Assembly: GCA_963759805.1 (NCBI GenBank)
Contig: CAVXAT010000005.1
Location: 32,001 to 96,000 of the forward strand
DNA length: 64,000 bases
From: an uncultured bacterium
Lineage (GTDB): Bacteria; Babelota; Babeliae; Babelales; RVW-14
Direction of reading: 5' to 3'
A model generated the notes under the pieces. That model searched no databases, had not been told where the DNA came from, and was given only the letters and a program-made list of their open reading frames with translations. A program made the position numbers and the translations under genes. Shown here piece after piece: positions 30,724 through 40,815 of the stretch (positions within the stretch are counted from its first letter, which is position 1; the number at the start of each line of letters is the position of its first letter).

Positions 30724-32232
30724 ATGAAATTTAAATTAAATTTGATTTTTATCGCTATTTTCGCGCTAGCCCACTTTCTGCCCATAAGCAAACAATTATT
30801 TTCAATGGATTTAAGGTATTTTGGCGAATTACATATTCCAGGACCAAGAGAATACTACTCTGACCTTGATCTACTCAATGACAAGTTGTTGCAATCAATG
30901 ACAATTTACGGCTGTGTATCTCGCCATATGCACAGTCAAGATTTTTTTTACCTCACAAATAAATTCATACAAAATACATCCAGCCTGTATAGTAATTCAC
31001 CTTGGCTTTACAATACAAATATTAACGATCAATTAAGCAATATTTGGAAACAGAATTTCAATGGAGAAGAGGAATTAGCAATATCAACATTCCCATGTAT
31101 CGCAAAATTAATTGTGCCACAAAATACGCGTGTGGCAATTATTGGAGACATTCATGCAGAGATGAGTACAGTAAAGGCACTTTTTTACTCCCTGAAAAAT
31201 AAATATTTTCTTAATGAATTTATGCAGATGCCTGATAACTGTCGAATCATTTTTCTGGGAGATTACACGGACAGAGGTGACTACAATTTACAAGTTTTAT
31301 GTTCAATTCTAATTTTATCGGCTAAGAACCCCGACAAAGTTTTTCTACTGAAGGGAAATCATGAATCCCTCATCTCCCAAGAAAAGAGTAAAATAATAAG
31401 TGAAATTAAAGAAATCGAACGAAATGAAACGGTTGTGAATATACTGATAAGCAATATCATCAGCGTCTACGAACTAATGCCCACAGCAATGTTTCTTGGA
31501 TTTCAAGGGCAAAGACAAACACGGTTCTATCTCCTTGCACATGGTGGCCCGGACATCAGATATGATTATACTGATTTCTTAAATCTACACGAAAATCCCT
31601 GTTTCTGGATGTTAACAGCTGACGATTCTTTAAAAACGCTTCAATCACGAAAATGGTTAGAATGTATCTATAAATGCACTAGAGAATACAAAGATATTAG
31701 CAAAGAATATGAAGATGTCAGCAAAAAATGTGAAGATATCCGAAATTCATTAACATTACATATAAATGAAAGATTAGATCAAGGATTTTTATGGAATGAT
31801 ATTATAACTTATCCTTGCTCCCTTCCAGTCTTAAATAGTATACTTAGAGGAGAAACATGTATCGAATTAAATCCTAAATTTGTTCGCAATTTTTTGGAAT
31901 CTTTTGCAACTGAGAATTCAGAGATTGTCGGAGTAATTCGTGCACATCAACATTTTATGGGTAAAATCATGGCTAAAAAAGCTGGTTTAAATTTAGGGGA
32001 TGAAACATCAAGTCCATCATGCGCACATTTTACAGGCAGATCAAAAGATGGGAAGCCTTTAACTCAAGGCTCACCAGTTTTTCTGAATAATACATTCTCA
32101 ATTGTAACCGTAATAAGCGGACCAATCGCCACCGATGACGGAAAATATATTCCATACTTGCCAACATTTTTAGAATTAAGATGCCTAGAAAATGGGATAC
32201 ATAGAATTGAGGCTATTGAATATCAGGCATAA
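30724..32232 (+). CDS. Secreted PPP-family Ser/Thr phosphatase-like metallophosphoesterase
   Basis: Signal-like N-terminus; GDIHA, GDYTDRG, KGNHE, HGG, LWND, IRAHQ. Confidence 0.85.
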   Translation: MKFKLNLIFIAIFALAHFLPISKQLFSMDLRYFGELHIPGPREYYSDLDLLNDKLLQSMTIYGCVSRHMHSQDFFYLTNKFIQNTSSLYSNSPWLYNTNINDQLSNIWKQNFNGEEELAISTFPCIAKLIVPQNTRVAIIGDIHAEMSTVKALFYSLKNKYFLNEFMQMPDNCRIIFLGDYTDRGDYNLQVLCSILILSAKNPDKVFLLKGNHESLISQEKSKIISEIKEIERNETVVNILISNIISVYELMPTAMFLGFQGQRQTRFYLLAHGGPDIRYDYTDFLNLHENPCFWMLTADDSLKTLQSRKWLECIYKCTREYKDISKEYEDVSKKCEDIRNSLTLHINERLDQGFLWNDIITYPCSLPVLNSILRGETCIELNPKFVRNFLESFATENSEIVGVIRAHQHFMGKIMAKKAGLNLGDETSSPSCAHFTGRSKDGKPLTQGSPVFLNNTFSIVTVISGPIATDDGKYIPYLPTFLELRCLENGIHRIEAIEYQA

Positions 32233-32260
32233 GTAGCGAATAAACTGGAAGGATATAGTA

Positions 32261-35069
32261 ATGACACGGTCTGTAAAAAAATTAATTAATTTGATGATTA
32301 TCTGTTTTTTATCGACAAGTTTTTTACTGGCAGGTTTTTTATCTGCAAATTCATTCCACACAAAGAACTCTTGCCATGCAAAGAGTACTTCTTGCGCATC
32401 AGGTCAATTTTTTATCTTAACTTTACCCAATTTTAAAACTCTTAAAGAATTTGGGCTATGGCTTGAAAAAACGCAACCTGCCGGCGTAATGCTAATACCG
32501 GCACATGTAAAAAATAGACAGCAAACAAAAAAACTTTGTAGTTTCTTACAATCCAAAGCCCAAAAATTAGGCATCTATCCACTTTTAATCTGCATCGATT
32601 GGGAAGGCGGAATTGTTTCACGCCCAACTGAAACCGGCGGATTTACCAGCATCCCATCACCATATAATCTTGCAAAACCAGGTGAAGCAAACTGCTTTTT
32701 AGCAGCCCAACTGATAGCTCAGCAGATGAAAGAAGTCGGAATTAATGTCGATTTTGCACCAAGCCTGGATCTGTTTGATCCAAAAAATCCTGTTCTTGCA
32801 ACCCGATGTTTTGCCCAAGATCCGGAAATAGTTGCGCAATGTGGCATTGCTTTTGCCAGAGGTCTGATCAGTTACAGAATACTCCCTGTAATAAAACATT
32901 ATCCCGGATTAATGTTGGGCAAGAGAGATACACACTTCAGCAAAGTTCAGATATCAGCCAGTCGAAAAGAATTTGAACACAATGAAGCCCCATTTTTAAA
33001 AGCACTGCAAAATGGAATTTGCGCTATCATGGTCAGTCATGCAATATATTATAATCAATTTGGCGCTATGCCGGTTAGCAGATCAAAAAATGTTATTAAT
33101 CGACTAAGGTCATATAATCCTGATGCTGTTATAATCACGGACGATATCGCAATGCAAGCATATAATCCTGAAACGCAAGCCGAATCAAACAGCAAAGATT
33201 TGATCAAAGCCATTCTTGAGTCAATTAACAACGGCTTTGATCTTCTAATTTACTCTGCTCCACCTGAGAAACAGATTGAGTTAATTAAAAAAATTAACGA
33301 TCAAATTAGTTCGAAGAAGACCAGCTCCGGTGTTACAAAATTAAAGCAAAACTTACTAAACTCAAAAAAAATACAGTTTAATCTAGACGAAAAAGAAGTT
33401 GCAAGTGAGTTAGCGCAAAAAGCACTCTGTCAAAAGATAAATCGTCTGGATTTTTCTGGCAAAAATACTGTTTTAATTTCAGTAGATTACACCAAAATTC
33501 GTCCCGCAGAGATTTTTATAAATTCGCAAAAAAGCAAAAAATCCAGCCCACAAACGCCGTTATCTTCGCTTTTTTCAAAGGCGAAGATAAAAGTTCGTGA
33601 GTTTATTTTAGATCCAAAATCAGATCAGAGTATTAACAAGCTCAAAGAACTTACAAAGTCCGGTACATTTAACAACGCTGATTACATTCTCATTCAAACA
33701 TTTTTTTACGGCGATGGAATTTGGAATAAAATTCAAACCGACTGGCTTGAACAATTAAAATCATACAAAAATAAAATTATCATAATTTCACTTGGGCATC
33801 CATTTGAAAAATTAATCATATCGCCGGCGCAAATCATTGAACTTGGTTCATTTGGCACCCCAATGTTACAAGCAGCAGTAAACAGATTAACAAATAATGG
33901 TAGCCAAGCAAGTAAACCGCTTTTAACAGGAGCAGATAAACTTGCACAAGATCCAGAGACTTTTTTGAAAAATAAAAAATTTGGACTTTTATGCCACAAA
34001 TGCAGTGTAATAAATTTAGATACTAAACTAGCAACCTCGAATAGTGAACCCGAATTTTTGCCAGACTTTTTATATCGCTGGACAAAAGACCCAATCAAAA
34101 ACCCAAATAAAGGCGCAAAACTCTGCGCCCTGTTTGCCCCTGAACATGGAATATTGGGAACAAATCAAGCCGGGGGATTTGTAAAATCAGAAAACTCAAG
34201 TAAATGGGGGTGCCCTGTATACTCTTTACACGGCGCAACCAAATGCCCATCACCAGAGATGCTTAAAGATTTAGATCTTTTAATAATAGATTTTCAAGAA
34301 GTTGGAGTACGCTGTTACACGTACTTAAGCACACTGGCCTTAACTCTGCAGGCAGCAAAAGACTGCAATCTTCCAGTATTAATTCTAGAACGACCAAATC
34401 CAATACAATTTTGGGGCAAGCTTTGGGCCAAAGTTGAATCCCAAATTTGAATCTTTTTTAGGCAAAGTCCCAACTAATTTTGGACATGGCTCAACAGTTG
34501 GCCAGATTGCAGAAAATTTAAATACCAAAATTGGGGCTGATTTAACAGTTCTGAAGTGCGCCCCAACGTCTGAATCGCCCGCAGCAGTCGAAACCTACTT
34601 CTCAACCAACTTTATCCCCCCTTCTCCAAACCTGCCAACACTTGATTCAGTTTATGTTTATCCCCTTACTGTTTTTATCGAAGGGACTAATTATTCAGAA
34701 GGTCGCGGAACACTGCATCCATTTGAACAGATTGGAGCTCCTTGGGTTAATGCAGAAAAGCTTGCAGATAGTTTAAATGAGAAAAAGTTGCCTGGAATTT
34801 ATTTTGAACCGGTCAGTTTTACCCCAAAAACAGTTCCTGGCAAAGCCGAGAACCCAAAACATAAAAACTCACTGTGCCACGGCGTTTTTTTGCATATTTA
34901 TAATCGTAAAAAGATTAAGCCATTTTTAACGGCACAGACTATTTTAAAGACGCTATTTCAGGCTTATCCCAAGCAGTCAGAATGGCTAAAATCAGGGCCA
35001 CAATATCTTGTCGACCTGCTTGCAGGCGATGATTCCGTGAGAAAATCCCCTATGAATTCATCGGTATAA
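32261..35069 (+). pseudogene. GH3 beta-N-acetylglucosaminidase (NagZ-like) fused to DUF1343/NamZ exo-muramidase; +1 frameshift near 34409-34427
   Basis: IDWEGG, NVDFAPSLD, KHYPG..DTH, IITDD; then LFAPEHG, YSLHG, QEVGVRCYTYLST, ERPNP | SPNLP, EGTNYSEGRGT, PFEQIGAPW. Confidence 0.85.
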
Positions 35070-36218
35070 AATATAAGCCTCTGTTCGCATTGGCAGATGT
35101 TTTATATGATTTACAAAATCCTGTCTGTTCTGAAAAATACCGGCAAAAAAATCGAGCTGATAAAGATTTTTGACAAACGCTCCACCGGTGTCTGCAACAA
35201 CCCCAAGCCTGATTTCGCGCTTCTGCGTAAATGGATTTATATGCTTAAGCGCAATAATTTTCCCAAGTCCAATATTAAATATGTCTCCGGCAAAAACAAC
35301 ATTTTGTCTATTACTTAATCGTTTTTTGAACTGCTCAACGGACCACTTTGAACTTCTGTCTTCCTTAAAATACCAGTATCTTTTCTGCTGCCACGAATCT
35401 TTGTTGTTCTTATCATAATCAACTCCATTACTCTGATTCGCCATAAAAACTCTCTCTTTGCCATCGGGCATTTTAACAATCACAGTCCCCTGCATGAGAG
35501 CGTCCTCAAAGTCTGCGCGTGAAAGCCAAACAATGGGTCTGACTTTACCTTTATTTGACGGCTGATTTAGAATTCCGGACAAAATCTGCTGCTTAGAATA
35601 TTTTTTGCAAATATGATCGTCAAAAATTTGATACAGTGGACAGCAACACTGCTTGGTTTTTTTGTAACTTCCCGGCACGGAAAAAATGGCATAATTGGTT
35701 AATCGGATCATCCCACCGTATGGAAGATTAACACCGTTATTCAGCGCACCCTGCCTATCTGCATTCCATTTTATAAAATTAAAATTTTCGTTCAAAAAAT
35801 CCGGATTCAGAATTCTAAATTTCCCGGACGACATATCCTGTTTAATTATCGAAATTATAAATTCAAGCGTATTTTCAACGTTTTTCAAAGTCAAAATATG
35901 TGATAAATTCGGTGGAATAATTAAACAACCGGATTTTTTGGCATTTTTACGGACAAAATTCAATGTATCTTGAGCCGCCTGCATTAAATTATAGGGATTT
36001 GTTGCAACAAATTCATGTGAAAATGGAAGCATCACTCCCGGCTCAAAAAATTTATCCGCGTGGTCAACAAGCATCTCTTTTTGTTGAACAGCATAATCTG
36101 CAGTATGCACACCATCAATGTGAAAACCAATTAAGTTTACGAAAAACAGATATGAAAAAATCATATTTAAAAGTATAAATTTCTCCATGAGTCCCTCCCC
36201 TAAAAAGAGCTGCGTCAA
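35058..36218 (-). CDS. mltA: MltA-family lytic transglycosylase (start may be ATG at 36188)
   Basis: MQGTVIV, C-terminal 3D motif ADTGGAF..LDFFAG. Confidence 0.7.
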   Translation of the reverse strand: MTQLFLGEGLMEKFILLNMIFSYLFFVNLIGFHIDGVHTADYAVQQKEMLVDHADKFFEPGVMLPFSHEFVATNPYNLMQAAQDTLNFVRKNAKKSGCLIIPPNLSHILTLKNVENTLEFIISIIKQDMSSGKFRILNPDFLNENFNFIKWNADRQGALNNGVNLPYGGMIRLTNYAIFSVPGSYKKTKQCCCPLYQIFDDHICKKYSKQQILSGILNQPSNKGKVRPIVWLSRADFEDALMQGTVIVKMPDGKERVFMANQSNGVDYDKNNKDSWQQKRYWYFKEDRSSKWSVEQFKKRLSNRQNVVFAGDIFNIGLGKIIALKHINPFTQKREIRLGVVADTGGAFVKNLYQLDFFAGIFQNRQDFVNHIKHLPMRTEAYILYR

Positions 36219-36224
36219 CCCTTG

Positions 36225-36261
36225 CCATGCCCGCCATAGCGTTTCAAACGCGACGGCTGGG
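36225..36261. repeat. Short GC-rich hairpin repeat, free-standing copy
   Basis: Reverse complement CAGCCGTCGC-gtttgaaac-GCTATGGC matches CAGCCGTCGC-acctggagt-GCTATGGC at 56848-56874. Confidence 0.75.
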
Positions 36262-36491
36262 TCATTAGCCCCCCTCCCACCCGAAAAGATGTGCCCCTAA
36301 ATATTTACAAATAATTACATCTATTGTCTAACTCATTAAATCAAATTGACCACTGAATAGTCAATAAAATTTACAAATATAAATTAATACTATAGGTTTA
36401 AGCCTGCTTATCAAGCAATAAAGAGTTACCGGTGGCTGTGGATTTTTGTTATAATCAATTTTTCACGTAAATTTCTAAAGGACGAGCCGTA

Positions 36492-37124
36492 ATGATACAA
36501 TCGCAAGCAGGGTTTGTTTTAAAACGCTTCCACCCTAATAAATCAAAAGTTACAATCCTTTCAATGCATGAAGGGAAATTTGATCTGTCTTTTAGAAAAT
36601 TTGATGACTGTTTTAAACTTTGGCCGGGAATGCTTGTATCATTTAATGTAGAAATAATGCATAAAACGCTCTTTGGATCTAACGTCCAAATTCTAGCCTC
36701 ACCAAACCTGTCCGAACATCACTCTATTTTTCTTATGCATCATATTTTGGAACTTTGCTATTTCTTTGTCCCAAGCGGTAAGCCATGCCCTGAGATTTTT
36801 CGGTTTTTAAAACACTTCTTTCTATTTTTTGACCAAGAAACTACATCCCAAAAATACTTAAATTTTACCCGAAAAATATTCATAACCAAACTATTTAGCC
36901 TTTTCGGATTCTTCTCGTATGACCCGATTTCGAAGTATTTAGCAGTACATGAGACACTTACCACAACTTTTGTTGACTTTTCCACTGAACAAAAAGTAGA
37001 ATTTCTGGAAAAGCATCTAAGCGTACACGAAGAGAAAGATCTGGACGAATGGATTTTGGAAAGCTTAAAGATACATCCCCACAGTCACCTGTTCAAAACA
37101 ACATTGTTCGTCTATAAACAGTAA
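36492..37124 (+). CDS. recO: RecO-like DNA repair protein
   Basis: N-terminal GFVLKR..KVTILSMHEGK OB-like start, ILEL..F, KLFSLFGF; divergent. Confidence 0.55.
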   Translation: MIQSQAGFVLKRFHPNKSKVTILSMHEGKFDLSFRKFDDCFKLWPGMLVSFNVEIMHKTLFGSNVQILASPNLSEHHSIFLMHHILELCYFFVPSGKPCPEIFRFLKHFFLFFDQETTSQKYLNFTRKIFITKLFSLFGFFSYDPISKYLAVHETLTTTFVDFSTEQKVEFLEKHLSVHEEKDLDEWILESLKIHPHSHLFKTTLFVYKQ

Positions 37125-37140
37125 TTTATTGGAGATTTAT

Positions 37141-40100
37141 ATGAATACACGAAAGATACACAGCAAAATACTTATTATCTTGTTAGCATGCCTGATAAAT
37201 TCAGTACCACATTCAGTACATGCAATGCAGTTTTTTAATTTTTCAAAACAGGATAACCCAAAAACCAGCACAGCCCTTCCCTTTCTAAGCAATATCGAAA
37301 TGCGTAAAAAACAGATAAGTGACTTAGAAACAGCTTTACGCGAAGTTAGAAGTCGACTTGAAGAATTAAATAAAGAATGCTCAAATGCACTCGCACAGAT
37401 ACAAATTGAAGCTACAGAGGTACAGAAAATGGGTGAAACCGCATCTGAAAGGGAAATTGAGTATTTAAATAAAAAAATATCAGCATTTAGTGCCAGAAAA
37501 CAGAATCTGATAAACATTCAGGAAGTCGATCAAGAAACTGTTGGAATAATCGAAAAAAGAATCGAAATATTAAAAGAGATATTAAATTACATTCAAGTGC
37601 CAAAAGCTCAACCTAAGCCAATTTATGCCTGGCAAGAGTTTCAAAATGCTCAAATTAAAACATCCGAGCAAATTGCACAAATTGATACAGAAAAGCTAAA
37701 ATTGGAAAATATTAAGAAACAGATTTTGGCTGAGAAAGGAACTTTGTTATCTTTACAGAAACAGCTTGATGCAAAAGAGAAAGAACGCAATAAAATTATC
37801 AATCAAACAACCGCACCTAACAAAGATGAGGAGATGTCACCAGAGATAATCAAGCTTGAATCAGAAATCATTGATCATGAAATTAATCTGTTAAATGAGA
37901 AAATAAAATATTCAAATCAAAAAATAGAGAAACTAACCGAGGAAGAAAAACTTAAAGAGACCGAATTTGAACTCTTGCAACTGAAAATTAATGACCAGAA
38001 GAACATATCCCAAGTTATAGAAAAACGACTTTTACTTGATTCAAGAGATGTAGAACTTGCAAAACTGGAGTTAAAAAAAGAGACGCATCTATCAATTGAT
38101 ATCAAAAATGAATTAAATAAGCTGCGAGAACCCAAAAAGTACGAAAAAGAAAAAATAAATGGCGAGATTAATAGCCTTCAAGATAGACTAAAACAACTTA
38201 CAAGCAAAGACAAGAAGGACACTTACAACACGCATATTACAAAATCAATGCTACAAAGAACCGAATCGCTCAAAGATCTTGTTGACAGAGAGTTACTACT
38301 GCTTGACTCAAAAAAAGAGGTAGCAGATATAAGGTTAAAAATTAAAGAGCTTCAATTCAAGATGCTGGAGTTAAGATACAAGCTGAAAACAGAAAAAGGG
38401 AACATACGCGAGCTACTTGCAAGCTACAAAACTCAAAAAGAGCTGGAAACAAGCACTCTGAAAAGTTTTAAAGAGAAGCGAATTGAGGCCGTAAATTCTC
38501 TGGTTGAAACCCAACGCAAAATATCAGGAATCAGCGCTAAAATCGAGACTATGCGTGGCAGCAAGGCTGCCGTGTTCAACCAACAACCCGCATACCTAAA
38601 TACCATCATAAATAATCTTGATGACTCAAGGCGTATCCTAAACGATCTTTCAATCGTAACTCAAGATTTCTTGGCCGTATGCTCCGATTTAATTCACCAA
38701 CAAACAACTGTTTTAAACTACTGCGACCTGATTCTTGCTGATCTTGAATCTTACACAACAACGCAGAGTATCTGGAAACGTACTCCTACTGCAATATCTT
38801 ATGAAGCGTTAGAAACATCATTGATTGAAGCTGAGGATTTCGTTAAAAAACTTTTTTGGGGGACCCCAGTGCATCTGGGACCTTTACCAATCTTCCAGTT
38901 ATTAAAAGAGTTTAGTATTTTTGACTTTTTAATTGCTCTTATTTTCATACTTTTATCTGCAGCCGCATTTATTTTCATCAAGAGATGGCTGATCAAGGTC
39001 AGTGAAAAATTTGAATATAAATCCCAACACAAGCCCGAACAGGACAAGCGTATTACATACACAATCGCTACAACCCTTTTAAATTTTATACTGGAACATT
39101 ACAATTTGATTTTCGCACTGATCTCAATTTATCTGTATATAAACCTTGAATATCAGGCATGCACACACCAATTTCTCTCTCTCCCATTTTACACCGCACT
39201 GTTCTATTTAACCTGCATACCATTTTTGGTCTTCATATCAACACGGTTACTCACAAAATTAAAGGATTTAAACAAAAAATTGAGTTTTGTCTTTTTTGCC
39301 GAACAGATTCAAGAGAGATTCGTGGTACTAATCGGCATATTTATGTACTCATCTTCCATAATTCTGCCATTCAGGAGTGCATTTTTGATTTACAGCGATA
39401 CCACAATGGGTCTGGGTGATGTTCTTATGGCAGGATACTCACTAATTTTGCTGTTAATTTTACTCTTTTTATTCACCAAAGAAGATCTGTTCAAATTACT
39501 TCCATATACGAAATACCCATTATTTGAATGGCTGAAGAAAAAATTTGAAAATTTTTATTACCCAATATTTTTCTTCATAATGGGCCTTTTGATTCTGCGC
39601 AACCCGTACGTCGGATACTCTAATCTCTCTTGGTACTTGGCATTTGCAATCCCGGCATCAGCAGGGCTTTTATGGGCATTATTTATCATACATAATTACA
39701 TCAGAACATACTCAGTATTCTTATTCATGACCGAAGACGAAGATGAGATAAAGGATAAATTTGAGCATGCCAAAACCTATTATGGAATATTAGTCATCGC
39801 ATCATTTCTGTTCCTTTTCTTTATTGATAGCATCTTCATTGCACGCATCTGGGGTTATAGTTATACAACAACCGAGATATGGCGGTTACTTTCAGAAACA
39901 TGGACTCTACCATTGGGTGACGCCAACAAACTTGGAGTCGTGCAATTTTTAACACTGGGAATATTCATTTTTTCAGGCTTTTTAATATCATCACTGCTTG
40001 ATAAATTTGTACTGAACAAACTATTTGAAATCCTGCGCACCGAGTCGGGGACCCAAAATACGTTTACAAAAATTTTACACTACGTACTGATTTCAACTGC

Positions 40101-40767
40101 TGTACTGCTCGGATTCCTTTCAATTCACCTTGAACAAACATTCTTTCTTGTGATAGTACCATTGCTAGGCATCGGGCTAGGTCTTGCTCTTAAAGATGTT
40201 CTGGCAGACTTTGTTGCAGGCTTTTTTGTGCTTATCGAACGACCAATTGAGATAGGCAATTATATTCAGATAGATGACGTTGAAGGAACGGTACAAAAAA
40301 TCTCACCACGAACAACAACCATTGTTAACTCGCGTAACTTTGCAATATTTATCCCAAACAAAGACCTGCTTGCCAAACAGATTACCAACTGGAGCCACCG
40401 CAAATTCGCAATTGGATTTGAAATTCACATTCGAGTTACACATGAGGCAGACCCTGAACTTGTACGTAAGATTATTCTTGAGATACTGCAAAGCCACCCT
40501 GCCGTGCTTAAACTTCCTGCTTGCATCTGCAGACTTGATGAGATCGAGGCTGATGCACTTTACTTCATGAGCCGCGCGTTTATCAGCACACAACGGTTGA
40601 AAGAGGGTTGGATGATTGCAGCTGAGCTAAGAACTAAGCTTGTCAAAGCATTTAAAGAGAACGGCATCAAATTCGCCAAACCGCAGAGAGTTGTTTATAT
40701 CGATGCGCAAACCAATGCGACAAAGGTTGAGGAGAAAAAGCCGCTCGGCATAAAGTTTGATAAGTAA
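37141..40767 (+). CDS. Large MscS/MscK-like mechanosensitive channel with long periplasmic coiled coil
   Basis: Signal peptide, coiled coil, many TMs, GIGLGLALKD..FVAG..ERPIEIGNYI..EGTV..IPNK..NWS. Confidence 0.92.
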   Translation: MNTRKIHSKILIILLACLINSVPHSVHAMQFFNFSKQDNPKTSTALPFLSNIEMRKKQISDLETALREVRSRLEELNKECSNALAQIQIEATEVQKMGETASEREIEYLNKKISAFSARKQNLINIQEVDQETVGIIEKRIEILKEILNYIQVPKAQPKPIYAWQEFQNAQIKTSEQIAQIDTEKLKLENIKKQILAEKGTLLSLQKQLDAKEKERNKIINQTTAPNKDEEMSPEIIKLESEIIDHEINLLNEKIKYSNQKIEKLTEEEKLKETEFELLQLKINDQKNISQVIEKRLLLDSRDVELAKLELKKETHLSIDIKNELNKLREPKKYEKEKINGEINSLQDRLKQLTSKDKKDTYNTHITKSMLQRTESLKDLVDRELLLLDSKKEVADIRLKIKELQFKMLELRYKLKTEKGNIRELLASYKTQKELETSTLKSFKEKRIEAVNSLVETQRKISGISAKIETMRGSKAAVFNQQPAYLNTIINNLDDSRRILNDLSIVTQDFLAVCSDLIHQQTTVLNYCDLILADLESYTTTQSIWKRTPTAISYEALETSLIEAEDFVKKLFWGTPVHLGPLPIFQLLKEFSIFDFLIALIFILLSAAAFIFIKRWLIKVSEKFEYKSQHKPEQDKRITYTIATTLLNFILEHYNLIFALISIYLYINLEYQACTHQFLSLPFYTALFYLTCIPFLVFISTRLLTKLKDLNKKLSFVFFAEQIQERFVVLIGIFMYSSSIILPFRSAFLIYSDTTMGLGDVLMAGYSLILLLILLFLFTKEDLFKLLPYTKYPLFEWLKKKFENFYYPIFFFIMGLLILRNPYVGYSNLSWYLAFAIPASAGLLWALFIIHNYIRTYSVFLFMTEDEDEIKDKFEHAKTYYGILVIASFLFLFFIDSIFIARIWGYSYTTTEIWRLLSETWTLPLGDANKLGVVQFLTLGIFIFSGFLISSLLDKFVLNKLFEILRTESGTQNTFTKILHYVLISTAVLLGFLSIHLEQTFFLVIVPLLGIGLGLALKDVLADFVAGFFVLIERPIEIGNYIQIDDVEGTVQKISPRTTTIVNSRNFAIFIPNKDLLAKQITNWSHRKFAIGFEIHIRVTHEADPELVRKIILEILQSHPAVLKLPACICRLDEIEADALYFMSRAFISTQRLKEGWMIAAELRTKLVKAFKENGIKFAKPQRVVYIDAQTNATKVEEKKPLGIKFDK

Positions 40768-40815
40768 ACAGTTTTTACATAAAAATTTAGTAATTTAAGA
40801 AGAGGGAGAGTAGTA

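Noticed and set aside
37300..38750. MscS N-terminal coiled coil as a sixth zipper-tag carrier
   Set aside because: Long generic heptads without the LK[TS]SL / LKxKL / LQxKL five-heptad pattern; expected for MscK-like proteins.
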